From Fistulifera solaris (lineage: Eukaryota): a DNA stretch of 64,000 nucleotides. The stretch is taken from contig AP026167.1 in assembly GCA_030295235.1 (NCBI GenBank), positions 372,001-436,000 on the forward strand, written 5' to 3'. Each line of letters starts with the position of its first letter. Within the stretch, counting starts at the first letter, position 1. The notes beneath the pieces are model-generated. The model was not told where the DNA came from and ran no database searches. It was given only the letters and a program-made list of their open reading frames with translations. Shown piece by piece: positions 22,628 through 34,718 of the stretch. The position numbers were made by a program, and so were the translations under genes.

Positions 22628-25600
22628 ATGAGGACAGGAAATTGGACCATGATAGTGGCGCGCAAGCTAGGAAAAATGCAATTCACTTATCTTTTAGTAA
22701 CAATAATGTGGATGTTGACAGGGTCATCCAGTCCTACGGAAAGCGGTAGTTCGTCAGCTCTGACATTAATTTCACGACCGACCGACGGCCTCGGCAATGA
22801 GAAAGCGTCAAGTCAACAGAGATCCACAAGCGGGCTGCACGCAAATCAACAATCAAGTCCGGTGACTGACTTTACTGAGGCTCTTTCTTTCCCGACTCAA
22901 CAGCCGTCACTTGCTGTTGAGCTCAATCAAATGAGAACGATTCCAACGTCGACAACCAGTCAACGAACACTGACTGATCGTTTCTTAAAAGAGAAAAAGG
23001 AAACGAAATCAAGCTCTAGCGGCAAGAAAAATAAACCAGCAGGAAAAGACAAGACAAACAACCAGAAGGGAAAAGGAAAGCAGTACTCAGATAGTAAATC
23101 AAGCAAAAGAGCAAAAGTTCAACGGGTAAAGGAAAGAAAGGAGCGACAGCCCCCGTGCGCTCGCCAGTTCGCGCTCCTGTTCGTGCACCAGTTCGCTCGC
23201 CAGTTCGTGCACCAGTTCGCTCGCCAGTACGCCCGCCAACCCGAATGTTTCAGGATAAAGCCCCAACATTCATAAAAAGAATAATAGAGTTCGTACCCAC
23301 AGTGCTTGAGGAGCTTCCAACTTTAAGAACCCCGCGAGAAACAAAGGCCCCGGTCATTGAAGACAGAACACCTACCTTGAAGCCGTCAAGCTCCCCGAGC
23401 GAGTCACCAAGTCGCTCGCCGATAAAAGACCATCTTCGGCTCCGTCTCGAGATCCCACGCCTGCACCGAGCGTTCGTCCTTCTGCTTCACCGATTGTACG
23501 GCCAAGTGCTGCACCTACAAGTCAACCATCGCCTTCACCGACTGACAACCCGACTGTAGCACCAAGCGACAAACCAACAAGTGGGCCAACCAATGTGCCC
23601 AGCATGAATCCGACCTCGAAACCGAGTACCCTGCCGACTGATCGACCGAGTCGTCAACCAACAACAAGTCCTTCGCGAAAGCCGAGCTCTGAACCAACAA
23701 CCCAACCGTCCAGCTCTCCCACTGTGTTGCCTAGTAGCACGCCGACACAAAAGCCTTCTCAATCGCCATCGCGAGTACCAACGCCAGAGCCAAGTGTCGG
23801 ACCTTCTCCTTCACCCACCACAGAGCCAAGTTCTGTTCCAACAGCACTGCCATCAAAATCACCGACTGCTGGCCCAACTGTCGTACCAAGTATGAATCCG
23901 ACTAGAATACCGAGCAATGAGCCAAGTACAGAACCGTCAGTGACACCGACAGAAGTTCCCTCGCTATCGCCGAGTATTCAACCAACAATTGGACCTTCGC
24001 GGAAACCTTCGAGTGCTCCCTCAACGAATCCTTCGACATCGCCTACGTTCAATCCAAGTGCTGCTCCCACCACGCCGCCATCGAGAAGCCCAACAGACAA
24101 TCCGACGGTTTCTCCTAGTAGGAATCCCACCACGGTACCAAGCAGTGGACCCACCATGACTCCGACATCATCACCAAGCGCAGTCCCAATTGCTTTGCCG
24201 AGCCATCAGCCCACAACCGGTCCCTCTCGTGAACCTTCCGTGGCTCCTTCTCTCGGTCCTTCTGTTTCGCCCACGTCAAAACCGAGCGCTTCACCCAGTA
24301 CTTCACCGTCAACTTCGCCCCACAAAGACCCCTTCAGCATTACCGACTATTCAACCAACACCTGTGCGAAGTGCGGTGCCCAGTTCAGATCCGACCGTTT
24401 CGCAGTCGCCGACATCGCCACAAAGCGCAGTCCCATCTGTATCACCGAGCCACAATCCCACAACCGTTCCATCGGGCGAAGCTTCGATGGCACCGAGTCC
24501 TGAACCCTCCGCATCAACAATACCGAGCGCTTCACCCACTACGTCACCATCGATTTCGCCTACAAAGAACCCCTCCGAAGTACCGAGTGTGCAACCAACT
24601 TCTGTAGGAAATGGGGTGCCCAGTTCCGTTCCGACCTTGTTGGTGTCGCCGACATCATCACAAAGTGCAATCCCATCTGTAAACCCTACAGACGGTCCAT
24701 CCGGAGAAGATTCGATGGCACCAAGTTTTGGACCTTCTGTTTCGTCCAGCACGAGACCGAGCGCTACACCCACTTCGTTACCATCGACTACCCCGTCCGC
24801 AGTGCCGAGTATCCAACCAACACCTGTTAGCAGTGGGATACCAAGCTTGAACCCGACCTCGTCGCTGAGCAAACGACCGACGTCAGCTCCTTCTAGAGGA
24901 CCAAGCGGTGAGCCGACCATCGCTGAGTCCGGCTCTCCTAGCCTCTCCGAGTAGACTTCCCACAACCGCACCATCTATTGCCCCGTCACGAACCTTCCCC
25001 AGGACCGAGCATTGGCCCTTCGCCATCACCGACGTCACAGCCGACTGTTGGACCCACTAGCCGTCCATCCATTTTGCCTACGGACAATCCAACCATAACA
25101 CCAAGTACCATACCAACAAGTGGGCCGACAATTGTACCCAGCATACATCCGACATCAGAACCGAGCGTTGTGCCGACAGATGCACCGAGTCGCCAGCCGA
25201 CTACAGGCCCTTCGAGAGAGCCTACTGCAAGGCCGACAATCCAGCCGTCCAGCTCTCCTACCGTGTCACCAAGTAGCATTCCGTCTCAGCAGACATCAAA
25301 CTCGCCGTCGCGAAGAGCCTTCCCCAGGGCCTAGCGTCGAACCAACTTTCTCGCCAACATCGAAACCGAAGTTCTGCACCCACCATCCGACCGTCAAGTT
25401 CACCGACTGATGGGCCGACTAATGCACCGAGTATGAATCCAACCGGTTTACCAAGTCAAGAACCGAGCGTGAAGCCGTCTTCTTCTCCAACAGAAGGTCC
25501 GTCATTATCACCGAGCCGTCAGCCGACAGAAGAACCGTCGATGGAACCTACGGTTGCTCCGTCAAACGGTCCTTCGTCCTCGCCAACGTCACAACCGGAA

Positions 25601-27206
25601 GCGCTGCACCCACTTCTCTTCCATCGATTGCCCCAACTGAAAGTCCAACTGTCACGCCAAGTTTGAACCCGACAAAGGTGCCAAGCAATGGGCCCACAAT
25701 GACGCCGACCTCGTTACCGACAACAGTCCCATCCTCAGCGCCGAGCCACAAGCCCACGGACGGTCCATCGCAAGTAGCTTCGGTGGCACCCAGTCGTGGG
25801 CCTTCTGTTACACCCACAACAAAACCGAGCAGATCGCCGACTACTCAACCATCGATATCACCGACGGATACCCCGACTGTTGTGCCCACTTTGCTGCCAA
25901 CTCCTGTAAGAAGTGGAGTGCCCAGTACAGACCCAACCTTGTCGCCGAGCATCGTTCCAACTGTTCCGCCGAGCCATCAACCGACGACGACCCCTTCGAT
26001 TAGGCCCAGCGGTGAGCCGACTTTATCAGGGTCGAACTCTCCTAGCGTCTCTCCAAGTAGACTTCCAACCGCAAAACCATCTATTGCTCCGTCCACGAGG
26101 ACCTTCGCCGGGACCGAGCATTGGTCCTTCGCCATTACCGACGTCGCAGCCGAGTGATGGACCAACAAGTCCTCCATCGATGCTTCCGACAGCTAGCCCG
26201 ACGGTAACACCAAGTGCGAGACCGACAAGTGGACCAACGGCTGTACCGAGCATGAGTCCGACAACAAAACCGAGCGCAGTCCCAACAGTACAGCCAACTC
26301 GTCAACCGACTACAAGTCCTTCAAAAGAGCCCAGCGCCGAGCCTACAATCCAGCCGTCTCGCTCTCCGGACGGTGTCGCCTACTAGTGTTCCGACGCATC
26401 AGCCATCGCATTTACCATCGAGACAGCCTTCGCCAGGACCGGCCGAACCCACAACTTCGCCCACTTCGCGACCTAGTAGTATCCCAACTACTGGACCAAG
26501 CGCCGAACCCACAACTTCGCCCACTTCGCGACCTAGCACTATCCCAACTGCACGACCATCGGGTGCTCCAACAGATGGGCCGACCGTTGCACCAAGTACG
26601 AGGCCATCCAGTGAACCAAGCAGCCAGCCGAGTACGAAACCGTCATCGTCTCCGACTCAAGGTCCGACAGTTTCACCCGAGCACTCAACCCACGAGAGGA
26701 CCTTCAAAGGAACCAAGCTCAACCAACAACAAAGCCCTCTACAGCTCCAAGCTTTTCACCCAGTAGTAGTCCGACCAAGAAACCTTCGCAAGCACCATCG
26801 CGAGAACCTTCACCGGGGCCTAGCATCGAACCTTCGTTTGCGCCAACGTCGAGTCCAAGTAGTCGGCCATCTCTTTCGCCGACCGACAGCCCAACCGTTT
26901 CTCCAAGCACGAAGCCAACCAGTGCTCCTAGCCGAGCACCAAGCTCAAAACCGTCGGCTACTCCGGAGCAGAAGACCGTCGTCGGCGCCTTCTGAGGCTC
27001 CATCAAAATATCCAACTTTCTCACCGTCGACTATATAAAGCACCAAATTGTCGAGTCAAGTGATAGTATTGAGCCGTCGCTCAGAAGTTGATCTCGACGA
27101 GGAAACAAAATGGTCTCGACGAGGAAACAAGATGGCCAATCTAGCTCAAGATGGCGTCTACGTTTCAATAGACTTAGCTGAGGATCTGAGCCTACCGCTC
27201 AGTTGA
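22628..27206 (+). CDS. Giant secreted mucin-like protein E, paralog of D
   Basis: Leader YLLVTIMWML, TTSQRTLTDRFLK vs D TTSQRALSERFLK, K-rich block, (S/A)PVR repeats, PTS array with many 1-bp frameshifts. TAA at 27036-27038, but the same frame stays open with an acidic tail to TGA at 27206. Confidence 0.75.
23212..24758 (+). repeat. Near-identical copy of 16160-17718 (gene D) inside gene E
   Basis: Offset 7052; identical ORF translations (16543 vs 23595; 16463 vs 23515). Confidence 0.92.
26161..27002 (+). repeat. Near-identical copy of 20057-20903 (gene D) inside gene E
   Basis: Direct sequence match from ACCAACAAGTCCTCCATCG to TCTGAGGCTCCA. Confidence 0.9.
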
Positions 27207-27742
27207 ATAAGTCACGGTGGACAAGCTTAATGGAAAGACGTTTCCGTGAATTCAAAAGCTTACGTTTTTGTGTGAACGTTGCAAAATGACGTGGACGTCA
27301 CACACGGAAAACTACTTTAGTGACGCAAGAAAGCTTTCACGAGTGATGACGTGTATGATATGCACAAAGCCATGAAAGAAAGAGAATAAGACAACTGGTT
27401 GTTAAGGAAGATTGTATCATAACAACATGAATGAATCATCATTCATGAACATCTTAACATCATTGCTCCTCACTCGATTATTCCTCACCCAGGATTTTCG
27501 AACAAATCGAAGTCACCGTGCCCGTCAAACCCTATTCTTAATTCGAAAAGTTCATAAAATGAACCCGCTTAACAGACGATGCATCTTGTAGTTCCGTACC
27601 AGGTATCATATATAATAATACTCCGTAACATTTCATAATAAAAGAGACGACTAAACATTTTTTTCTGTTGTAAAATACGACATAACACGGGATGGATACA
27701 TAGTACGGATAACTTGATATGCCTATATTCTTCTTCACTGAA

Positions 27743-29225
27743 TTAAGGAGCCGCCGCTTCGGTCTTTTCTTCGGCTAGTTTGACACTCTTGGGATCCAAA
27801 TCCGCACACGCTTCCGCACGCTTCTTGTTCCAGAAGGATGCTGGCAAGATCTTCTGTGGGTTGCACCGGCTCTTGTATTTCTTCACGACTTCTGTCACTT
27901 CATCGAACAAACCCGTGTCCAAGGTAATGGGGTCCAGACCGAGGTTGCAGAACTTTTTGTTGGACACGTCGAGCTCATTCTCATCGGCTTCCTGACGAGG
28001 ATTCGGGATATAATTGACTTCCACTCCCGTCAATTTGGCGACCAAGTTGGCAATGTCCCGAACACGTCGTGTTTCGGCGACTTGATTGAAGATCTCTACG
28101 CGATCACCTGGCTTGGGGGGGATTGTTGATGGCGAGTTCAATGCAGCGAGCCGTGTCAGAGATATGAATGAAAGCCCGAGTCTGACCTCCAGTACCGTAG
28201 ACAGTAAGAGGAACGCCCATGGCACCTTGCATCAAGAAGCGGTTCAGCACAGTACCGTAGTCTCCGTCGTAATCGAATCGGTTGATTAAGCGTTCATCGA
28301 GAGCGGTCTGAGGAGTGTTCGTTCCCCAAACAATACCTTGATGCAAGTCTGTCACACGAAGCTGATCGTTTTTATTGTAAAATTGCCACAAAAGCGCATC
28401 CAAACACTTGGTAGCATGATAGACCGATCCGGGATACGCCGGGTGCAGAATGTTGGATTCGCGTCCTCCCGGGAGAATGACATCAATGTATCCTTCCGGA
28501 ATTTCACCACCCGAAGTGCCGTAACCGTACACACCCATGGTACCCAAATGAACAATGTGCGCATCGACACCGCTGTCAATCACCGCACAGCACAAGTTGT
28601 TGGAACCACCGACGTTGTTGTCGACCGTGTAGCGCTTGGTTTTCGATGTCTTCATAGAATAAGGAGCAGCACGCTGTTCCGCGAAATGAACGATCGAGTC
28701 GGGCTTTTCCTTCTCGATCAATTGAACGAGGAGATCGTACTCCTTGGCGACATCGAGATTGACGAAACGAATATCTTTTCCGGTCACCTCTTTCCATGCT
28801 TGGCAACGGACCTGCAGGGGAGAGCGAAGAGAAGGAAAGCAATGGGTGAGATAGTTATCATCTTTCAATAGAGAAAACGATTCTCCGCTTGCATGTAAAA
28901 AGAAAACCAGATGAATGAAGAAAAACTGCTCGATGAGACTGACCTCCATGGGTTGAATCGGTGTCAAAGAATCGCAACCCAACTCTAGATCGATATTTCT
29001 GCGAGACAAGTTATCTACGACCACAACATCGTGTCCTTGATCAGAAAGGTACAAACTAGTAGGCCAGCCGCAGAAACCATCACCTCCAAGAACGAGAATT
29101 TTCTTGGGTGCGGCGGAGCCATTGGCTTCAGCAAACAATGCCGACGAGGAACGAGGAACACTCGTCTTGGGCACAGAGAAAGACACGACGGCCTGTAACA
29201 AACTAGCCCAGATAATGATCTTCAT
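27743..29225 (-). CDS. SQD1: UDP-sulfoquinovose synthase, plastid-targeted
   Basis: ILVLGGDGFCGWPT, HFAEQRAAPYSMK, HLGTMGVYG, YHATK, DLHQGIVWG, RFDYDGDYGTVLNRF. Bipartite leader MKIIIWASLLQAVVS-F. Intron 28943-28812; frameshift in the G-run at about 28115-28121. Confidence 0.95.
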
Positions 29226-29714
29226 TCTTATTAGTTTTGTTGAATACAGATAAATTACTTCAATTTGGCAATCGTCAAACTTAAAGTAGACAACAGCAAA
29301 GAGATGAAACTCTTGCCACCGCGCGGGGATGATGTGCAAGCGGCGGCAGAAATGTCGAAGGTCGAGTGCTCTCACTCGTCTGTGCATGCGACGTTGAATC
29401 TTGATACTTTTCGCGTGTGTGGCTTGCGGCGCGGCTTTTGGTCGAGTGCGTAAGTAAGCGCGCCGGGCTCGTTTAAACCCTGTACGACAGGATGTATCAA
29501 ATGAAATAATTCACAAAAACCAGTGCGATGAATAAAATAAAACGGATGGACACGGAAACAACGGAGAACCATCCTTCGTCCTGAAAGCTTGATGAGTACC
29601 ATGTGATATTACCATAATGCATTTACTATCAGCATTGTTTGCCATACACACCCTCAATTCTTTGTTTTTTCGAAATCAATGCACCCCACCAATTGAAACG
29701 GATCGTAATCACGG

Positions 29715-30152
29715 TTGCACCCCAGTCATGAATTATGAAAATACTGTTATTGCAGCTCCTTCCGTTCGGCTACTTGTAGCTTTGTAAATGACTTTATCAC
29801 ATACCATGTACCTTTAGCAGCATTGGCAATGCACGCCTCGATTATTTACTTCGGTAATCCTTGAATAATCGCTGTCTTCCAGATTCACTATAGTCGAAAC
29901 TGTAGGCCACCTTTTACCAGGACTGCATTCCAATCATGAATCATGATGTACAAACCGAGCGTTACTGGAGCTCCATTCCTTCCGCTAGCTTGGTAAGCCA
30001 TGACCGATTTCATTATAATACGTTTCTGCTTAGCAGCACTTTCAAGGCACGCCTCGATTGCTTACGTCGGAAATGCTTTAAACATCGGTGTTTTCATAAT
30101 TACTATAGTCCAAAATGTAAAATGGGTTTGACTGTATTCCAGTCATGAATGA
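29715..30152. repeat. Degenerate ~210-bp tandem repeat (~2 copies) in intergenic DNA
   Basis: CCA(G/A)TCATGAAT at about 29722, 29930 and 30139; GCACGCCTCGATT at 29831 and 30047; ACTATAGTC in both units. Confidence 0.7.
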
Positions 30153-30295
30153 TTCATCGTGAACTAGGTCTAAGGTGTGTCATGGTTGACATCATTTCAA
30201 TACATTATTTTGCAGCATTTGCAATATATAATTGTTTACATCGCTAATCCACTATAGAGTGAAGATATCAAGGAAGTATTTCAGGCTTCTGATTT

Positions 30296-31778
30296 TTACA
30301 ACTTCTTGCCTTTGCTGCTGGACTTTTCGCTACCATCTCCGCTGGAACTACTTTTCTTGCTCGCCTTGCCCTTGCCGCGGTGCTTTCTTCGTTTCCTTTT
30401 TCCTTTGCTCTTTCTCTTTTTAAATTCTTTCCCAGAGAGAGATTCACGGTTGCTTCCCATAACTTGTTTGGATACTGTGTCTTTGTTCTTTCCGAACACG
30501 GAACTAAATCCTTTCTCCTTTCCGTTGCTTACTACAAACAATTCATTATGCGGTATGCTAATCAGCGGTCGAGGCGTAGGACGTTGCACGGGTGCAGCAA
30601 TCACGGGCAAGGGTGCTAGCGTTGGCGAAGAAGTTGTACTATTTACCACAGTAGGTGCCGCCGTCGGTAGGGTTTCTGGTTCCACAGGACTATCGACTGG
30701 TGGCCTCTCTGGACAATCTGAGGGAGGGTTTTCCGAAAGTGAGCAAATACCTTCGCGAATCCAATCTGCAAACGCACTTAGGCGAGTGTAAACAGCGGGT
30801 CGATTCGGTTGACCGCATCCAATACCGTACGACACCACGCCGTATTGTTGTCCATCGAGACTCAGCAACGGACCACCCGAATCTCCGGCACAACTGATTG
30901 ATTGATGGTGAGTTCTTTTCACTGTGTGGCAACTTTGCAATAGAACAGGCATCAAGCCCTTGAACAACTTACCTATCACGACCTCCATCCATATTGCCTG
31001 CGCATATTTGCGAGTCGGCGAAAATCGGTACCCCCAACAGGGCATCGCACGTTTCGAAATCAATGATATTAATGTTAACTTCTTGAAGCTCAATAGATAC
31101 TGCAGCGCCTTCAGTTTCAGGTTCAGCTGTATATCCAAATCCAAGTACTGTCACTTCTTCGTCGTCTGCTGGTTCGACAGGATTGAGATTGAGAGTGACT
31201 AGAGACGAGTTACTCGATGAGCGAAGCTTCAGCAGCATGATATCATTTTGTTCCGTTTGATTGGAATACAGTGGGTGGGGAAGCGTCATTTCTACTGGTA
31301 TTCTTTCTGCGCCGTCTCGCCCAAAAATGTCGTTGGACCCAATTATTACATCTTCGGTAAACGTATCAAAGCAGTGCGCCGCAGTGAGGACAATATCTTC
31401 ATGAATAAGTGTGCCACCACAAAGAGCTGATCCTGTAGAGTGGACGTAGAAAGGAAAAGCTCCTTGGGGTGATGGTAATCCTCCGACAATTCTCGCTTTG
31501 AAATCCTCCTCGAGACTGACAACCTTGTCCATCCCAACTGGTCGCGACATGTATTCACGATGGGGATCATTAGTCGCTGACTTAATAAAGTGGGATTTTA
31601 GCCTCCGAAAGCTGTTAAAATCTCTAACGGACACACCAGAATCAGTCGCACTATTTTGACTGCTCCATCGAGCAGAAGATAAGCCACTGATTGCACCATA
31701 GGCTAATGTTGCTAGGATCACGCATATGACGGCTCGCTTCTGAGTGTCCTTTGACATTGACAGGACTGATGCATCCAT
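30296..31778 (-). CDS. Trypsin-like S1 serine protease with N-terminal signal anchor, PT stalk and Lys/Ser-rich tail
   Basis: R-IVGG activation site, [20 protein letters not shown]. Intron 30972-30894 joins [14 protein letters not shown]-terminus [25 protein letters not shown]. Confidence 0.93.
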
Positions 31779-32322
31779 ATTTATTTCTAAATGCTGATTT
31801 GGAAGTGTTGCGAAGGGTAGACCGAGATAGACGATGGAAGTAAATGTTTATTGGTGTGAGTTTTTGTTGTTCGACCGGAATACGAACTCGGCTTGCGCGG
31901 GAGGAATTTGTGCACTAGGTACAAGCACTAAGTACCGCACAGGACGAGTGTCTTAATCCGTTTTTCGAAGCTTGTTTTGATATTAATTAATTTATTCTAT
32001 GTATTACATCTGATGTAGAGGAGTCATACACCAATTTGTCGTGGTGACAGTGAAGCCGAATGTACTGCCTTTGGGGGAGTCAATTTTCGGCCATCGTTTT
32101 CGGCTGATCCAGTCACGATTTTGTTGACCAAAAACATCTCGGAAAGGAGCTGTTGACTGGTGGTGATTCACGCCATGCTATGGTTGTGAAATATCGACAG
32201 GTAAGAGAATCAGGTGACAATTGTTACTGCGCTGCGTAACTTTCGCCCAAGATGTTTTGAACGTAGAATGCTGGTAATTGAATTTCTTGATAAAACAAAA
32301 ATGTCATTTTATTGAGCTACTA

Positions 32323-34718
32323 TTAGCAAATAACACAGGTATTTTGGCTCGATTGTGAGCCAACCTGTGAATAATCCTGGCCGTTCAGGTGTCTAGTCAG
32401 CCATGGATGGTGCATCGCTTGTTCGACATCAACTCGCTCGTTCGGATCCCTGTGCATCATCTTTTCACCAAATCCTTAGCAAAAGGAGAAACTTTTGACC
32501 ACTCTTCATCCGGAAAATCTACTTCGGCAACTTTATTGGCCTCCACAAGTTCCGCATCGGTTTCCCCATAAAATGGTTCGTATCCACAGAGCATGACGTA
32601 TAGTGTGACTCCAGCGGAAAAGACGTCGATTTTGTTATCGTAGCCACCGTAGACTCCGGCAGTGAATATTTCTGGAGCGACGTATCCGGGTGTACCGCAC
32701 CGTCCTCTCACTTTACCGTCTACTCCAACGAATGTGGCCATTCCAAAGTCCCCAACCTTTACAATAGCATCGGAACCGGAGCACATGAGAAGATTGGCGG
32801 GCTTAATGTCGCGATGAGCAATACCTGCTTTTTTCATAGCTTGCAGACTTTGTAGCAAGTCCTTTAAAATTTTTGCGGCGTCTGTCTCTTCCAAAGCACC
32901 CTTAGCTTGCGTGATGTGATGAAATAGATCGCGTCCGTCTAAAAGCTCCAGTTCCAAGACAACGTGCTCAGACGTTTCAAAGAAGCCCAGCAATTTAACT
33001 AAGGAGGGCACTGTCGGACCGTACTTCACAGTCAACACGCTCTGCACTGATGCTTCTCTAACAACTGTATCTGCTCGCTCCCTGCCCTTCATGACATGTC
33101 TCCAAAATTCTTCCTTTTTGAAAACTTTTAGAGCTCTGTCGCAGTGCTGCGATGGCATACTCCCAAATTGCTTCTGTTTGCGACGCCCTTGGTACACCGA
33201 AGAGTACGCCCCAGTTCCAAGCGGCTTCTCTGCATTGAACTCATACATAAAATCAAGATCCAGTTGACCAGCCCTGTTTATGCTAGATATCCATAGATCC
33301 CTTTCTTCCGGTTTGGTTAAGCAGATAAGGAGAAGCCTCGCATCTGATTTCGCACAAGGACTTCCAAAGCAGCGAAGTTGAAGAGCATTATCAAACAAAG
33401 GGTGCTCTTCTGCAACTGCGTACTGCAAGTGCATGTACCCTCGCGGTCTTGATCCCGATGTGCGTTTTTCTTTACTGCTGAATTCTAAAAGACAGTTTTG
33501 ATATAAAAGTAGCTCAGCGGAAGACCACTCCTCTGATGACATGTGGTCGTTAACCTTGCTCACGTCGCATATAAAACATGATCCGAGCAATGTCGTTTTG
33601 TATACGGCAGAATCATCAATAGTAGCGTCTGAGATATTAACGAGTTGATTTGCCCAAAGCGGTACAGGAGAGTCCGCTACAATTGCTGGCCCCATGAGAT
33701 ATCTACGAGCATTTTGCCATGTTTCCACACCAAGAACAGGCTTCAGCACTCGACTTCCGGTAGTATTAGAAAAGTCTAGGTGATCTAGGCGATCCACGGA
33801 AGCGAGTCTGTTCCCTAGCTGCAGTTTACGGGCAAAGAGCCCGGATGTCGCGAGAGCACTTCGCTGACGATGAACCCAGGATGTAGACGGGTCGTCACCG
33901 AGAAAAGCTGAATTCGCATCACTGCCTGTCGCTGATGAATTATGAAATTCCGTAAAGGCTTTTTTCATAGCAGATTCAGGTCTACTGAACGCTGCTTTAT
34001 CTTCTTCTTGGAATAAATCGGCGGTGAGTCCAGTCGACTCATTATAGCTAGAAGAAATTTGAGTGATATCTTCTTCCTCTGTGCATGTTGTAGGTATCGC
34101 TCCACTTGTCTCTAAAGTTAAAGCTGCAGTGGGACTAGGATTGTTCATTCGAAACGCGTCATTGACAGAACGCGAACGAGCAAGACTCAAACTGTTAAGT
34201 GATAGAGGAGCGTCCATGTCGTAGGGAGTGGCGTGCCGACTACTCCCTGGGCTTTTTGGTGTCCCATTTCGCCGAGCTCCATCGAGTTCATCTGTATGGG
34301 AGAATGATTTGGCCCGCCGATCATGGTTTTTCCATTTAGTTTTCTCGGATGAGCGAAACACATTGCCGAAGAAGCCGCCTCCGCGAACAGAGTGCTCATC
34401 TGCTGTATAATCTCCCTTTTTAACAGCAGTTTGGGTGATTTTCGGTAAATCAGGTAACGGTATTCCTTTCTGAGAGAACTGACCCTGTCCTTTCGCGTTC
34501 CTTTTCGCTAAGAAAGAACGGTATTGACGTTCCCACGTTTTTCGAACGGGCGAGTCCGGACTTGGAATGGGTAATCGAGGTGTATCATCTTCCTCTATGC
34601 TCAACATCGATTGCTTACGATTGACATCAACACCAGTTCCGCTAGAGATGCTCCGATGTCGAAGACGGCGCCCAATCAGTGATTTATTGTTCGAATCGAT
34701 CGAATTGGGTACGCTCAT
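32323..34718 (-). CDS. CaMK-like Ser/Thr kinase with PH-like domain and C-terminal CaaX
   Basis: LGTGAYSSV, ALK, HRDIKPAN, DFG, CGTPGYVAPE. Restoring one A at about 32462-32465 gives MMHRDPNERVDVEQAMHHPWL...TCVIC*. Confidence 0.88.

Noticed and set aside
8715..27024. Long antisense Gly/Val/Glu-rich ORFs and Arg/His/Leu-rich alternate-frame ORFs
   Set aside because: Shadows of the Pro/Ser/Thr codon repeats; no independent coding signal.
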